A DNA stretch of 63,405 bases, filler included, from Reticulomyxa filosa (taxonomy: Eukaryota; Protista; Foraminifera), in assembly GCA_000512085.1 (NCBI GenBank). It is 16 parts of 16 records of this genome, joined end to end, with 100 filler letters (N's around TTAATTAATTAA, not from the genome) between each part and the next. Parts side by side here need not be neighbours in the genome. Positions count along the whole stretch, not along the records: positions 1 to 6,100 come from ASPP01020558.1; positions 6,201 to 9,169 come from ASPP01003769.1; positions 9,270 to 11,328 come from ASPP01003606.1; positions 11,429 to 28,625 come from ASPP01028402.1; 12 more parts are not named here. One strand, written 5' to 3'. Under the pieces are notes generated by a model. That model had not been told where the DNA came from. It searched no databases and was given only the letters and a program-made list of their open reading frames with translations. Positions 1 through 12,714 of the stretch are shown piece by piece (position 1 is the first letter of the stretch; the number at the start of each line of letters is the position of its first letter). The position numbers were made by a program, and so were the translations under genes.

Positions 1-39
<39 letters not shown>

Positions 40-48
40 AGTGTGTAC

Positions 49-673
49 CTGTTTCAGTTGGCATGCTGAAAATAGTTGTGCCGTCCATGAACTGGCAAAT
101 GAACCGTTTGCCACAATATTGCTGAGTCATTTGGTTTATCAGCTGCTCATGTTCTCTTACTTGTTCAGCATAGGCGTCGCTATTTGTCAAAAAAAAAGTG
201 ACAGCTGTGCCATTGTTCAAACTCATTACGTCATGCAGCTTCAAATAGTGATAAAAAGGTCGATTTGAGAGGTACTTCAGAAAACCATAATCTTGGAATT
301 TGCATGCATTTCTTGGGTAGCACTTTTTTGTTTGCGCATTCACATTGTCAAAGTAACGTGGGAATATACCTTCCACATATTTGACAATCGGAATGTAGTA
401 TTTTAACATTTCTCTGTTGCGTTTTTCGTCTGGAACAACTCCTTTATTGTACTCACGCTGATTATTATTTTTCATAAGTACTTGCAGTTTCGGACGTCCT
501 TCCTTGGCTTTGGGATTTGTTGGTGCTTCCCTTTGTGTTCTACTTGTTGGCAGAAAGTTATTCCATATTAACATCTCGTCAAACAAAGAAAAGAGGATTA
601 AAATCCCAATTATACACAATACCACCCACATTTTAGGTGTTAAAAAACCCTGTGATCTCTTTGATGTGGACAT
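49..673 (-). CDS. First exon of an unknown type II membrane protein (gene continues beyond the window start)
   Basis: Manually translated open frame of ~208 codons from ATG 673: MSTSKEITGFLTPK-MWVVLCIIGILILFSLF-DEMLIWNNF...; a single N-terminal hydrophobic anchor; ends at a G|GTACAC donor. Absent from the ORF track because it has no stop within the window. Confidence 0.7.
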
Positions 674-1029
674 TTTTTAATAAAGTGCAACCTTGCCCCT
701 TTTTAGTAAACGCAAAGGTTTCAGTTTTTTGAAAACTGCAAAACTGTATTACTTAAATAGTAAATGACATATGCTTGCCTTTTACCTAAACCTGCTTTTT
801 TTGTTATGAAATGTTTGAAACCTACAGGTATACTGATGAAAGTACAAACGTGCACGGGATATGAAATAAAAGCGTTTTTTAAAAAAATTAATGAACAACT
901 ACAAGCAATTTTGCAACAATTTTCTGAATTATTTCCCAAAAATATAATTAAATTTGAGTGTTTATATTTATTGTGAAATTTTTTAAAAATTTTTTGTATT
1001 TTACTTTTGCATTAAAAAGCCAGTAACGA

Positions 1030-1270
1030 ATTTCAACGGACCACAAATTTACAAAAAAAGTAAAACTAGTTTATTTTTATTCATAATGCGGCATTTTAGC
1101 TGTTCGGTTTTTTTCAATACACCGTAGTTGAGCTAAAAAATACATTAGAATGCAAAAGAAATTAGCACCTAAAACGGCGCATTATAGAGATTATGGATTT
1201 TCCATATGAAGAAACGAGACTTAAACCTATTTTTTAAGAAAACTACGAACCGTGTTGTTTTTAAATATTA
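1030..1270. repeat. Degenerate back-to-back Tc1-type TIR relics
   Basis: tcataatgcggcattttagctgttcggtttttttcaatacaccgta, followed by cattagaatgcaaaagaaattagcacctaaaacggcgcattatagagattatggatttt, resembles the right and left TIRs of the element at 36457-37815. Confidence 0.5.
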
Positions 1271-1645
1271 TTTTGTTTTTTTCCATCTTCAGTAATTGTT
1301 TTAAAACTTCGTGTTTGTATCGAAGTATGAGATTTACTAACTTTTTTAAAGCACTTTTAAAAAAATTCCACGATAAATGTTTTGCATAAATTTTTGTCAA
1401 AAGACAAGAGATTTTGTAGTGAAACGAATAACAGTTGAATTAATGCACCAAACAAAAAAAAATAAATGACGGTGTAAATTTTATGTTATGATAGCAAAAG
1501 AAAAATTTTTTGGTATTGTGTATGTGTCAATTACCGGATTGCAATTTTAGATTCGATCTATTCTATTCAAGCACTGTCAGCGGTAGTAAACGCTTAAAAA
1601 AAGATTCCCAATATCAAAAAATTCAAGAAAACGTTTGTCTTGATT

Positions 1646-2995
1646 ATGTGGTGGATTCGGTCTGATTGCTGCGGTGTTTTTTGTGCGTTATTTGTTGAGT
1701 GACTTTGTTTTTTCTCGAGTCTTTAAATTTATTTTTCCAAAATTTGCAACGTTGTTAAAACGGACAAACAAACAAAATGTGCAGACAATTTGCTTGATAT
1801 TCTTTGCTGCCGTAGTACAAGTGTACTATGTGTTAGGTCCATGGAAAGGATACATGTCCCCACATGTGATGTTGTATTTGACAATGGCATTAGCGGCCTC
1901 AGTATCACACACGAAATGCCAATTTTCCAATCCAGGAAGCGTGCCATTGGAAGCAATCGACGACAACACATTGACTGAATTGGAAGTGCTTGATAAATCT
2001 CGATTGAAATGGTGCAAGCATTGCAAAAGATACAAACCCACAAGCGCACATCATTGCAGCAGCTGTGAGCGATGTATTGTAAGAATGGACCACCATTGCC
2101 CCTGGGTTTGAACTTTTTTTTTCCCTCCCCCTTTTTTTCTTTTCTCCTTAAGACAATTGCATTTATTTTTTTTTTAAAAAAATTCATTGAAAACAGGTGA
2201 ACAATTGCGTGGCAATGTTCAATCAAAAGTATTTTTTGCAATTTTTATTGTACACTGGATCCCAATGTTTATTTTGCTTGGTTTCATTGGCATCACGCTT
2301 TTTCACGTGCAGCACCATGTCTGTATCGGTAGCTGAGCGATACGCCGCCAAACGTAACCTTGTCCCTTCTTTTGTTATGTTCTTTTTTTTTCAAAAAAAA
2401 AAGGGGGAGAAGAGGCAACATCTTTTTTTTAAAAAAATTTTGTTTGTTAAAAAAAAATTTTATTGGTAAAAAAAAAAAAAAAATGAAAATAAAAAGTGTG
2501 AAACAAGTTCTGCCGATATTGTTTGTTGTATCCTCAACTTTATCGAGGCTATTTTATTTGGATTGTTCAGTTCAGAAATAGCCAACAAATACATGAAGAA
2601 AAAAAAAGGGTACACCTTTGTCTTATTTATTTATTTATTTTTTTTTTTGTTTTATTTTAATGGCCTCTTTTGTAAGTTACACGGATTGTGGTTTTGTTTG
2701 ATGTTAGCATTTGTAATGTTGTATGATCAACTGTGCGCAATATTTGCAAATACTCCGTATATTGATTCATTGAAGGGACGTCGAGGATCGAAAAAAAATA
2801 GGTATGAATGCATGAAAGATGTCATGGGAGAAGCTTTTGGCATTCGCTGGTTTTTACCGTCACCATTAACCCCAACTAGTTTAGTTTTGTTTTTTTTTTG
2901 TGCTAAGCTCCAAATATATTTTTTGTGTGTTCATTTCGCTGGGAATAGTGAAAGACAACTTTGAATCAATCATTGCCAAATTGATCAACGACTAA
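1646..2995 (+). CDS. DHHC-type protein S-palmitoyltransferase (ZDHHC3/7-like), multi-exon
   Basis: MWWIRSDCCG start; cysteine-rich domain CKHCKRYKPTSAHHCSSCERCIVRMDHHCPW|VNNCV joined across a GT-AG intron (~2106-2196); NQKYFLQFLLY; several TM segments. 3' exon boundaries are approximate. Confidence 0.9.
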
Positions 2996-3739
2996 CTGAA
3001 ATAAAAACGATTTGCAACCAGTCTGTTGATATTCACCTAGGCAATCAATTCTTACCCTTTTTTTTAACATCTTTGCCTTTGTTTTCAAAGACTGTTTTAC
3101 CAAGTTAATATTTGTTTCACCAATGTAAACAAAATAATGGAAATTCTGTCATAAAGTAACAATCTTGGGAAAGGGAATGAGAAGACAACCACGGCAAACT
3201 ACAAATATGTTGCTTTTTTTTTTCTTTGGTTCAAGAATGGACAAGTTGGCTTCTTATGAAAATATCATTTTTACTCGTGCACAAATCTCAAAACGCATGC
3301 TACTTTTTTATGTTCATGCTTTTCGGAGCGGTTGATAAAGATAGACTAACTCTATAACTGCGTAAAGCAAGAGATAATCTTCTTTTTAAAATTGTAATTG
3401 CTTTGAAAATATTTTAAATTACACAAACATTTTCAAACAATGTACCGTTTTATTGTTTTTAACATCATAGACCGTTTATTGTTTTGGTGTGTTCTTCTTA
3501 AAAAAAACTCAAATTTACACCCTTGTGTCGTCAAGTACAACAGAAACAAAATTTTCGCATTTGAGACAAATGTACTATACATTGTATCAACTCAAAGAAA
3601 TCTCAAAATGATTATCAAGATCTATCACAATAACACTAGCAACAAAAGGTAATGACAAAAACTAAAGCAAGAACGCGAAGTAATTTATAATTAAACATTA
3701 AAGAATTTTAACAACAAAAGTTGGTACTATTGACAATAA

Positions 3740-6060
3740 CATGAAAGCATTTAATGCTGAAAAAAATTCATAAAGATATTAAAATTACTTTTGATTTTTT
3801 AATGATTAGTAACAAAAGTACTGACAGCAAATATGCAAAATACAACAATACATAACCAAAATAACAATTTGAAATTACCATTTATACAAAGAAAACAAAA
3901 TAAAAGACGGAGACATATATACAGCGAAGATGAAGAAAGTATATACGATAATGCACCAAACTCAAAGAAAATTAAAGTACACAATGTACCACCATTGGAA
4001 AAATAAACGCAAATATAATAGATCAAAATTTCATTGAAGAATCAAAGAGGAAAAAATATTGATGAAAAACAAGATCAAACGGAAAAAAAAGAAATAACAG
4101 ATGAAAACATCTGACAACAAAATAGGAAAATCAGGAGAAAATTTTTCTGTTCAAATTTTCCCAAATTAGTGATCACTCATGTACAAGGACGTGCACTTCT
4201 GACTCCATATGTACTGCTGAAATTTTTGAGAATAGATCATTTAGTTGCAAAAAAAATAAAAACGCATAAATATTCAATCAGCTGGAAAACAATATACGTA
4301 CACTTTTCAAAGATATTCAACCAGAGGAATTGGAGGCAATCGCTGAAAATTTTAACATATTTCACAAACAATAAATCAGTACATAATCCTGAAGTAAATA
4401 AATATTTTCTTCTCAAAAACGTGGACATAGCAGAAACAGAAGAGTCAATTAAGGATAGCCTCGAACAGTATGACTACAAGGTTAAAAAAATCGAAAGATT
4501 CAAACAAATGCATATCATTAAAATACTAATGGAAAATGCCGAAGATGTTACTAAAATATTAAAAGATACAGAAATGTGTATTGGATACAGACACATACAG
4601 ACAGAAATATACGATAATAATAGACGACCTAGACGACATTTCCGACAATGCAAAAAATATTTTTGCCTGAATCACATAGAAGCGCAGATGCCTACCCTAG
4701 AGCTGCGAAGACAACAGTAAGAAATCAAGATGTATCATCGCTGCATTCAGCTATCTGAACAATTCCCAAGTCACAATATGAGCATAGCATATCGTTTGTG
4801 GAAAAAGAACCACGAAACAAAAAAGGATGAATTCTTTTGTTGGAGAGGAAAGTTATCACCATTGTCCAGAGCCTGCATCCATACAGATGAACTCGATATA
4901 CCAGATATATGCCCTATAAAACGTGAAATCACGCACAAACCTCAATCAATGGGAAAAAAGAAAATACCACAATCAATAAAGGCTCCTTTTGTAATGGGCA
5001 AGAGCCAACACAGGAAGAAATGTTGTATCAATCAACACTAATACTGTTGTAATTTGGAGCGATAGAAGTACATTTCCAAACCCAGGATATGGTAGAGTTG
5101 GATTGGTAGTCCAAGATTCTGATACTTCAGAGTGGATTGAAATCGAATACTCAATCAAAGATACAATTACAAATATCGGATGCGAAATTGAAGGTTTGAA
5201 AAAAGCAATTGAATATTCAATAGAAAATTATAAAGGCAAAGACAAAAGAGTTGTGATTCTAAGTGATTGCAAATTTGCTGTTAATGTAATGCTAAACAAA
5301 GTACATCCTGATAAATACAAAGAACAAATACAAAAATGTCATGATATTCTACAGTCTCTTGGAGAACAAGACACACCAGAGATATACTGGATCAAGGGAC
5401 ATTCCGGAATCCCAGGAAATGAAAAAGCGGATAAACTGGCAAAAAAAGCAAGGAAAAAAGCTGATAATTGTCAACCAGAACTACATCAGATTGTGAACAA
5501 GGAAAAAATAATTGTAACAATCCAGGACTGGCTCCATCCTATGCAATGGAGTGGAATCGTCACTGGATAAATGAAGGGTCAGAACAAAGAAGACACCAGC
5601 ATCCGAAACAATTTATAAGAAATTTAATCGAAGCGCAATTGTTTGAAAAGATTGTATCCAATCTATTACAAGCACATGAAAGAAAGATTATCTGTAGACT
5701 AATAACGGGAAAAGTTATGTTGAATCAATACCTGCATATTATCAAAAAATCAGAGTAATCTGGATGTAGATGCATATAAGAAGTAGAGTCTGTGTAACAT
5801 TTTTTGATGAAATATCCATACTATGAATTCATTAGGAAAATCTGTCACTCAAACGTCAAGATTTTGGTACCAGAATCACAAGGAAGAAACTTAAAATTGA
5901 TAGAATTACTCATAGGACGGACAACATGGAGACCTGACATCAGAGTAAAGGTTGTGCAAGAAGCTGTAAAATTCGTAGTAGCGTCAAAAAGAAATATATA
6001 GCGTCAAATAACGAAATGGAAAACAACATATACAAATATATAGAGCTATATAATTGAGAA
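3740..6060 (+). mobile_element. Decayed non-LTR retrotransposon relic: ORF1 (RRM-like plus zinc-knuckle remnant), RNase H and C-terminal Cys/His region; no RT or endonuclease
   Basis: 4169-4720 is gag-like (...RQCKKYFCLNHIEA). 5040-5570 has RNase H motifs VIWSD..PNPG, CEIEGL, VILSDCK and WIKGHSGIPGNEKADKLAKKA. 5670-5830 reads RLITGKVMLNQYL, followed by a degenerate C..C..H. Frameshifts and stops are present. Confidence 0.75.
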
Positions 6061-6100
6061 AATAGTTGATTTGTTTTGCGATTGTTTCTTATTTTATTTA

Positions 6101-6200
6101 NNNNNNNNNNNNNNNNNNNNNNNNNNNNNNNNNNNNNNNNNNNNTTAATTAATTAANNNNNNNNNNNNNNNNNNNNNNNNNNNNNNNNNNNNNNNNNNNN
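6101..6200. other. Assembly spacer N44-TTAATTAATTAA-N44 (also at 9170, 11329, 28626, 30346, 32654, 34446, 39538, 40885, 42358, 44074, 53686, 58673, 60352, 61601)
   Basis: Fifteen identical 100-nt N blocks with a palindromic six-frame stop linker. Confidence 0.98.
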
Positions 6201-6226
6201 GAAGAGAGCATATACCACCACGTATG

Positions 6227-7971
6227 TTAAGGAAAAAAACAACTTCGAATACGATCAGGCTTGATTTTGATGCATCCTGGACAATACAAATAGATTCGTA
6301 GTCTTCTTGGGTTTATTGCTTGTTTCGAAACAATCCAGTACATATTATCTACAGTTTGTTGTTCAATCAATATTGGAAGGGCTTCTATTTGCTCCAATTC
6401 TTTTTGCAATTTGGTCAAGTCTTCTTCTTCTTCTTCATTTGTGTTATGATACTTTTCAATGAATCTCCTCAACAACACGATTGCATGTGATATGTTAGTG
6501 CTATCTGAGTCAGTCATGGATGATGACCCACTACAATGCTTAAGATTTCGAATTATCCGTTCTATCAATTCATTCGGGATACTACACACTTCAATTATGC
6601 ATTCTTTTGCCACGTATTTCATTGCTTCCAATGTTATTTGCATTTTTAACCATTGCAATTTGTTGTCATTCTCATCTTTTTGAGGAGAATCGTGTAAATC
6701 TTTATAATAATTGACGAGATCGTCCGATACAGCTATATCTTCGAAATTGCTCCAATCGATCTTTTCTGAAACGTGCACAATCAATTTTGAGGCTCTACTT
6801 TTTGGAGAAAATATGTGCACATATGCATGTAACATTGATTGAATAGTACCTTCCAAAGGATGTTCCAACCAATTCAAAATTTGAAAAGCCTTTTCTTGTT
6901 TGTTTTTCACTGTTGTGGTTACTTTGATATCCACTATCCTTCGTCTAATATATAAGTGTGAAACAAAAGCACTTTGTTTTTTTGCTATTGCGCAAAAGAA
7001 AAAGAACTAAACAAAGAAGCTCGTTGAAGGATTTTGATATCAACAGCAGTCCATTCGTCATTGTGATATTTGCAACGAAACTCCATTTTGTCTCCAATCT
7101 TCAATTTTTCTTTCTTTTGGCCATCATTCACGAGTTTCACTTTTGTTTCTTGTTGCTTTCACAAACAACATCACTCACAATATTGAATATTATAAAAATG
7201 TGTTATAATGATGATATATGGATGTTGTGTGTAATAGTACCGATTTTATGCAATGCACTTGAACAAGTACAAATTGAAAGTCATCATCTTCATTTACTTC
7301 ACTCTGATAAAGCACAGGGAATTTAATGTTGTCCACACTCAATCCACTATTTGATGCATTTGAATTTGATTCAAATGAATACTCACAAAGTATTTCGTCC
7401 CCATTCCTCAAATTAAAACTTTTCCATCTGTCATCATTTAAGTTGAATCTCACCTGTTTTTCCTTATTTTTTTAATTGTATTGTTGTTGATTGATATATT
7501 CAGACTAGGGATATTCGTTTTTAAAACATACCTCCAGAATAATTATTGCCGTGTTGCCATGGAGGTACATAATTTGCGTGTACTCTTGTCGTCTGTATCA
7601 ATTAACAGCCATTTCTCTTTTCTCATTGTGTCAATACAAAAATATATTGGTATATACATTTACCGTATGGATGATCTGCTGTTTATTATTTCGTCAATAT
7701 TCAATAGTTCCTCTTTTTCACTTTCACGTATTTTATTCACCATTTTCAATAGCTTTTTCTTTGAAATCAGAGCCAATTGTACGTGTGCAAAAGCTTTTTT
7801 CCATTGTTGTGACTCCAATATTGAAATGTCTTCCCCTTGTGTTGTTTTTTCCTCTCGACGCAAGTAAGAGGCGAGTTTTGAGGCGTCGTCACGATCTATT
7901 TTGATTGTGTTCTTCAAATATGTAAATATCTCTTCTTCTTCTTCATCTTTCTCTTCTATGCTTTCTGTCAT
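6227..7971 (-). CDS. Hypothetical multi-exon protein, probably 3'-truncated by the gap
   Basis: Consecutive minus-strand coding-like ORFs (7660-7971, 7190-7453, 6227-6934) separated by intron-like AT-rich tracts. No domain recognised. Confidence 0.55.
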
Positions 7972-8194
7972 TTCGATAATGAAATACGAACGTTCACGTC
8001 AATTTATTTAAAAACCTGTAGCAGTCAAACTAACAAAAAACTTTTCAACGAAATCAGCAAATCTGTGAAATTTTGTCAATTTTGCGCAGATTTTTAATTT
8101 TTTGCAAAAGATTATAAATTAAAAACGAAATTGTACTTTCATAAGATTGATAGTATTTTCTTTTTTTGTAAAAAATACTGTAAAATTTTGTTAC

Positions 8195-8421
8195 TGTCGG
8201 TTTTATAATAAAAGTGTATTGAGTGCCAAAGTTTAAGTGAACCTTGGAGCTCCCAGTGGGCTAAACTTTCTTCACAAACACGATCCACTTTTCTCTCTTG
8301 GCTTGGTTTTTACTTTGTCTTGTTGTAATTATTTGTTGTTAATTTACTTTCTTTTACTGAAACTTGTATTAGGAACTAAGTTCCTTTCGTATTACACTTA
8401 ACCTCACTCATTGCTCCTACA
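8195..8421 (+). mobile_element. LTR copy followed by a candidate primer-binding site (TGGCATCCACTG) and decayed internal sequence
   Basis: TGTCGG...CCTACA termini; shares gttaatttactt...ctgaaact...ggaactaagtt(t)cctttcgtattacactta with 15105-15324; TGG starts 1 nt after the LTR end. Confidence 0.7.
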
Positions 8422-9289
8422 TTGGCATCCACTGTCACTGAAGAAACCCAGGTATGTCTTTACTGCAAGAACAAGTCGGAAACGATGTAACAATCAATAG
8501 TTAAGGGAAATTCCAAGTTGTAGTGACATGTTATAGAAATTTGCAGAGATAGAAGAACAAGTAAAGATAGTGGATCGGCAAGGTCAAGGTTATAAACAAA
8601 CTCTAGACCAAAAGGAATGCAAATATAAACACAACAATTTTGGAAAACTATCTGTATTAGACGCGAATAAAGATGATGAAACTTCATTAAGACAACAATT
8701 AATGATTTTACAAAATAGGTAACAGCACTAACAAAATCATTGGAACAAAAGATATTATATGTATCACACAATCGTTTTTGTTAAATTTTTAATAGTAATC
8801 GAAATAATTTTCCACTATTGCGAAGACAATTCTTGGCTTGGAAAAGTACGTATCAGTTATCTAGTTTGCCTAAGGTATGTCTTGTCACAATGCTTACCTG
8901 TCGAAGTGCAAGAAATGATTATATTAAAAATTTGAACGAATTAAACAAAATGATGTCTTGCCCTGCTTATATATTGTTACTATGGATTCAGTCAAAATTT
9001 ACATTGAAATTGGATTGGAATTAAATTACGTAATTGAATACGACGTCCTCGCAAGAAAGAGATTGAAACAATACTATGATATATTGATAGAAGCATTATT
9101 ATATTGTTAAATTAGATTGTGAGTATATTAGTATTAGAACAAATTCGGTAACATTGGGAAAATACAGTANNNNNNNNNNNNNNNNNNNNNNNNNNNNNNN
9201 NNNNNNNNNNNNNTTAATTAATTAANNNNNNNNNNNNNNNNNNNNNNNNNNNNNNNNNNNNNNNNNNNNAAAAAAAAAAACAAACATCC

Positions 9290-10240
9290 ACAGCAAAAGA
9301 TGAGGTGGCCTTTTCTTTCTGGGGTTCATTGGACTGGAGTTGCTTTCTATCCAAGTGAGCTTCCACAGGACATCTAACAAAAAAAAAAAAAAGAGGATGT
9401 CATTCGAAAAATCGCGGTTTGGATAACACAATAAATAAAACAAAAATGGCAAAATTTAGACTAAACTTGACAACGTGAGATTTAGCAAGTGAGCACGAAC
9501 AGTGATTCCAAACAAACTTTTTTTCAGACGCAGCAGCAACATCTCTTTCCTCTGTACTTTTTTCGTCAAAAACTAAGGCGTCATATGCAATTTCATGACG
9601 CTTTGCGATCAACTTTTTCCACTCCAACATGCTCAGATTCTCACCAATCGTCATTTCAAATGGGACTGTGTACTTGTGGTTGTTACTGTTGGTTCCGCAA
9701 CAACCTAAGGTATTCCACAGACGATACTTCACCGGGATTCCTCGCTCATTCGCGGGTGCCTTGTATCCGTCATTGAAAGTATACAAGTCCATCATCTCGG
9801 TCTCTTTTTCTTTGGCTTCCTTGTCCTTGTTTCTTCTTTTTGCTCGTTTTCTGCATCTTTCTCTCACTCTCTGCCCCTTCCTTCTTTTTCTTTTCGTCAA
9901 TTGGAGCGATCCATATTGTTTCATTCTCTTTCACCACATGATCCAATATGTCTGCCTCAAATAGCTATGGACAAAGTTTTTTGGAAAAAAGTATTGGAAG
10001 AGGACGTAAAGAGTTATCACAATGACGACACAAAAAACTTACCTCCACATTGGCTTCATCATTTTTTACAAATAGTTTCTGCAAAGACGCAATCGATTGT
10101 TCAGAGACACCTCTTGCTTGTATGCGCGTTTTAACCAATTTCAAGTAGTCTCCAACTGTAATATCCTTCGAAGCAGGAACACGCAAGTTTAAATTCAAAA
10201 TTGGGATTCGAACATCAAACGGCCTAGTATTTTGCGACAT
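9290..10240 (-). CDS. Hypothetical protein, multi-exon, with an apparent frameshift near 9800-9870
   Basis: MSQNTRPFDVRIP... exon; intron 9965-10042 (GTAAG...CATAG); then LFEADILDHVVKENETIWIAP; the coding-like sequence resumes in another frame (MMDLYTFNDGYKAP...). Confidence 0.5.
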
Positions 10241-11428
10241 AATCAATAATTTGGAGGCCAAGTTTATGTAGAACAAGCCTGGAACAAAAGTATTTTTCTT
10301 TTTCCCTCTCCCTTCTGCACTTTTTTTACGTTTTTTTCTTCATTTTTCCGTGCAACAAAATGTTATTGTTTGTCAGCTTTCTCATTAGCAAATAGTTGAT
10401 TGGCTAAACTATTGTCAGCTTCCAAACGTTTACAATTTCGCAAAAAGAATACAGTTTCAATCTGTTTCTGAAAGAAATTGTAGAGAATTTTGATGGACGC
10501 TGAATTATATGAAAATGTGATGTAACAGCATAATGTAACATGTATTATCTGTTTTATTTTATGCATTAAATAATTAAAACAGCAAAAAGATGATCTTTTG
10601 ATTTTATGTTTTTTTTTATTGTGCCATTTCTCCGATTGTTATTGTTTGTTGTGAAGAAAAATATTATGATTGGACGAAGAAAAACACTGAAAATAAAAGC
10701 AGTTTTGCTTTTTTTTGGGCAAAAAGTTGTGCATTTCATTAAACTCTTTAAAATGAGCAACAGAGACATTTCTGTTGCATTGTAATTTTTGGTTCCATAA
10801 TGATCAAACATCTTATCATCTACGAGGTCCTTGGACATCTCAATTTTACTATATCACTACCTTTGTCATAGATAACCTATCTATTTAAAACAAATACCAT
10901 ATTTGCTCGGTAGTATTAAACTGATTGATTTGGATAGGAGTTTTGTATGGTGCTGGTTCACTAAGTGTGATACAAAATAAACATGCAACCATTTGGATTA
11001 TTTGTAATATTTTGATGCATTTGTCATTTTTGTTGGACAGCATTTTCATTTATCCGTATCTGTTACATTAACTTCTTTTTTAAAGATTTTTATTTGAAAA
11101 CATTACTACGGAATTGTCTTTGTGTATTCTAGTAAAAGTTTGATGTTTGAAACTGTTAAACTTTTCAAAACAAATAGCTCAAACAAAATAAGTTGTACTT
11201 TGTTAATTTATGTAGACATTGAGCGATCGACCATGCATTCCGTTGATTAGAGATTTATTCAAATGTATATCATTCAATATTTTATTCATTACAAACATCG
11301 TCATACGTTACAATAAAACTGGAGTCAANNNNNNNNNNNNNNNNNNNNNNNNNNNNNNNNNNNNNNNNNNNNTTAATTAATTAANNNNNNNNNNNNNNNN
11401 NNNNNNNNNNNNNNNNNNNNNNNNNNNN

Positions 11429-11511
11429 TCTGAATGTTGATTTTTCATTGAGAAAATCAATTATCATCATAAGATATGTTTTAGGCTTTCAGTTTTCTTT
11501 GCAACCTACTG
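11429..11511. mobile_element. Right TIR of the Tc1/MITE family at a contig start
   Basis: Ends ttcagttttctttgcaacctactg|TA, matching the terminus at 37815. Confidence 0.85.
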
Positions 11512-12714
11512 TATTATTGCTATATTCAAGTTTGCTGTACGAAGCATTGTGGTCCGTATTAGTTTATAATGAGGCTTCATTCTTACAATGGAATTCGATT
11601 ATGAATTAACATATATACCTTTCCTTTTTTGTAAAATTAAAAGAAAAATTTCCAAAAACGGGTTCAGTGCAACAGCTTTCTGGAAGCTTAGCTTCTCGTT
11701 TTACTGTATAACCAGTTTTGAACAAAACTTGAGGGTTTTGGTTTCAACAAAAATTAGATCTTTTACAATGTAATAGTTCTGAAAAATGATTTTGAAATAC
11801 AACTATGTTTATTGGAATCATTTTTTAAATTATTTTAAAAGTGCAACTGCTACAATCAATAAACTCAAAAAAACATTAAATAACTATCACTACATTCCCA
11901 CAGATAATATTCAGCTTGAATACTATAAATGAAAATTTGATTTATCAATAATAAAAAAAGGTAACATTTTTATAATGTTTGCATAAGGTAAAGCGTTAGT
12001 TGATTATACACGTAATAAAAGTTTTGTCATGTGGTTGGAGAATTTAATTTTAATTTTGGTATATCTTAAAGTTTGTCTATTTCTAGTGGTTATTCACTTG
12101 TGTATTTACAAAATATGTAATTGTAGAAGTTGAATTATAAGAAGTGTAAGTAAAGTGCTAAAGTTTCGTAAAAACGTACATTTTGTTTATTATAACGATT
12201 TCAACAAATCGACTAATTGTATATTAATTATTCATCAATTTGCTGCTTCCCGGGAAGCAATGATTTTATGAATACTAATATGTCAGAATGTGAATTGATG
12301 AAAATAAAGTATTAACATCAAAAAGTAAGTTTTTTTCAAATAATTTTTTGCAAAGAAATTTTGCGAGAAATTTATTTGAAATAACAAAATATTTCTTTTT
12401 ACTTTTATGATTGTACTAAAAAACATTTTTGATTAAACATCTTTGCTTGTAAAACAAAAACAGTTTTCAGTAGATTTTTTTTTACTAATTTTTTTGGCAT
12501 TGTGGTTTCTTTTTGAGCAGTTCTTTAATTTAATGAAAATCGAGATTATGATGAAAGGAGCATGCATAAGAGGAAAAACTTGAAGACGATTGAATGTTGT
12601 CCCAAGTGATCAATCAAAAAAAGAATCTGAACATCAAAGATTAAAGTATGCGAATTGCATTTAGATCAACAAATAATTACAAATTAAGAAAAAAAGACAA
12701 CCAACTAACACCCT

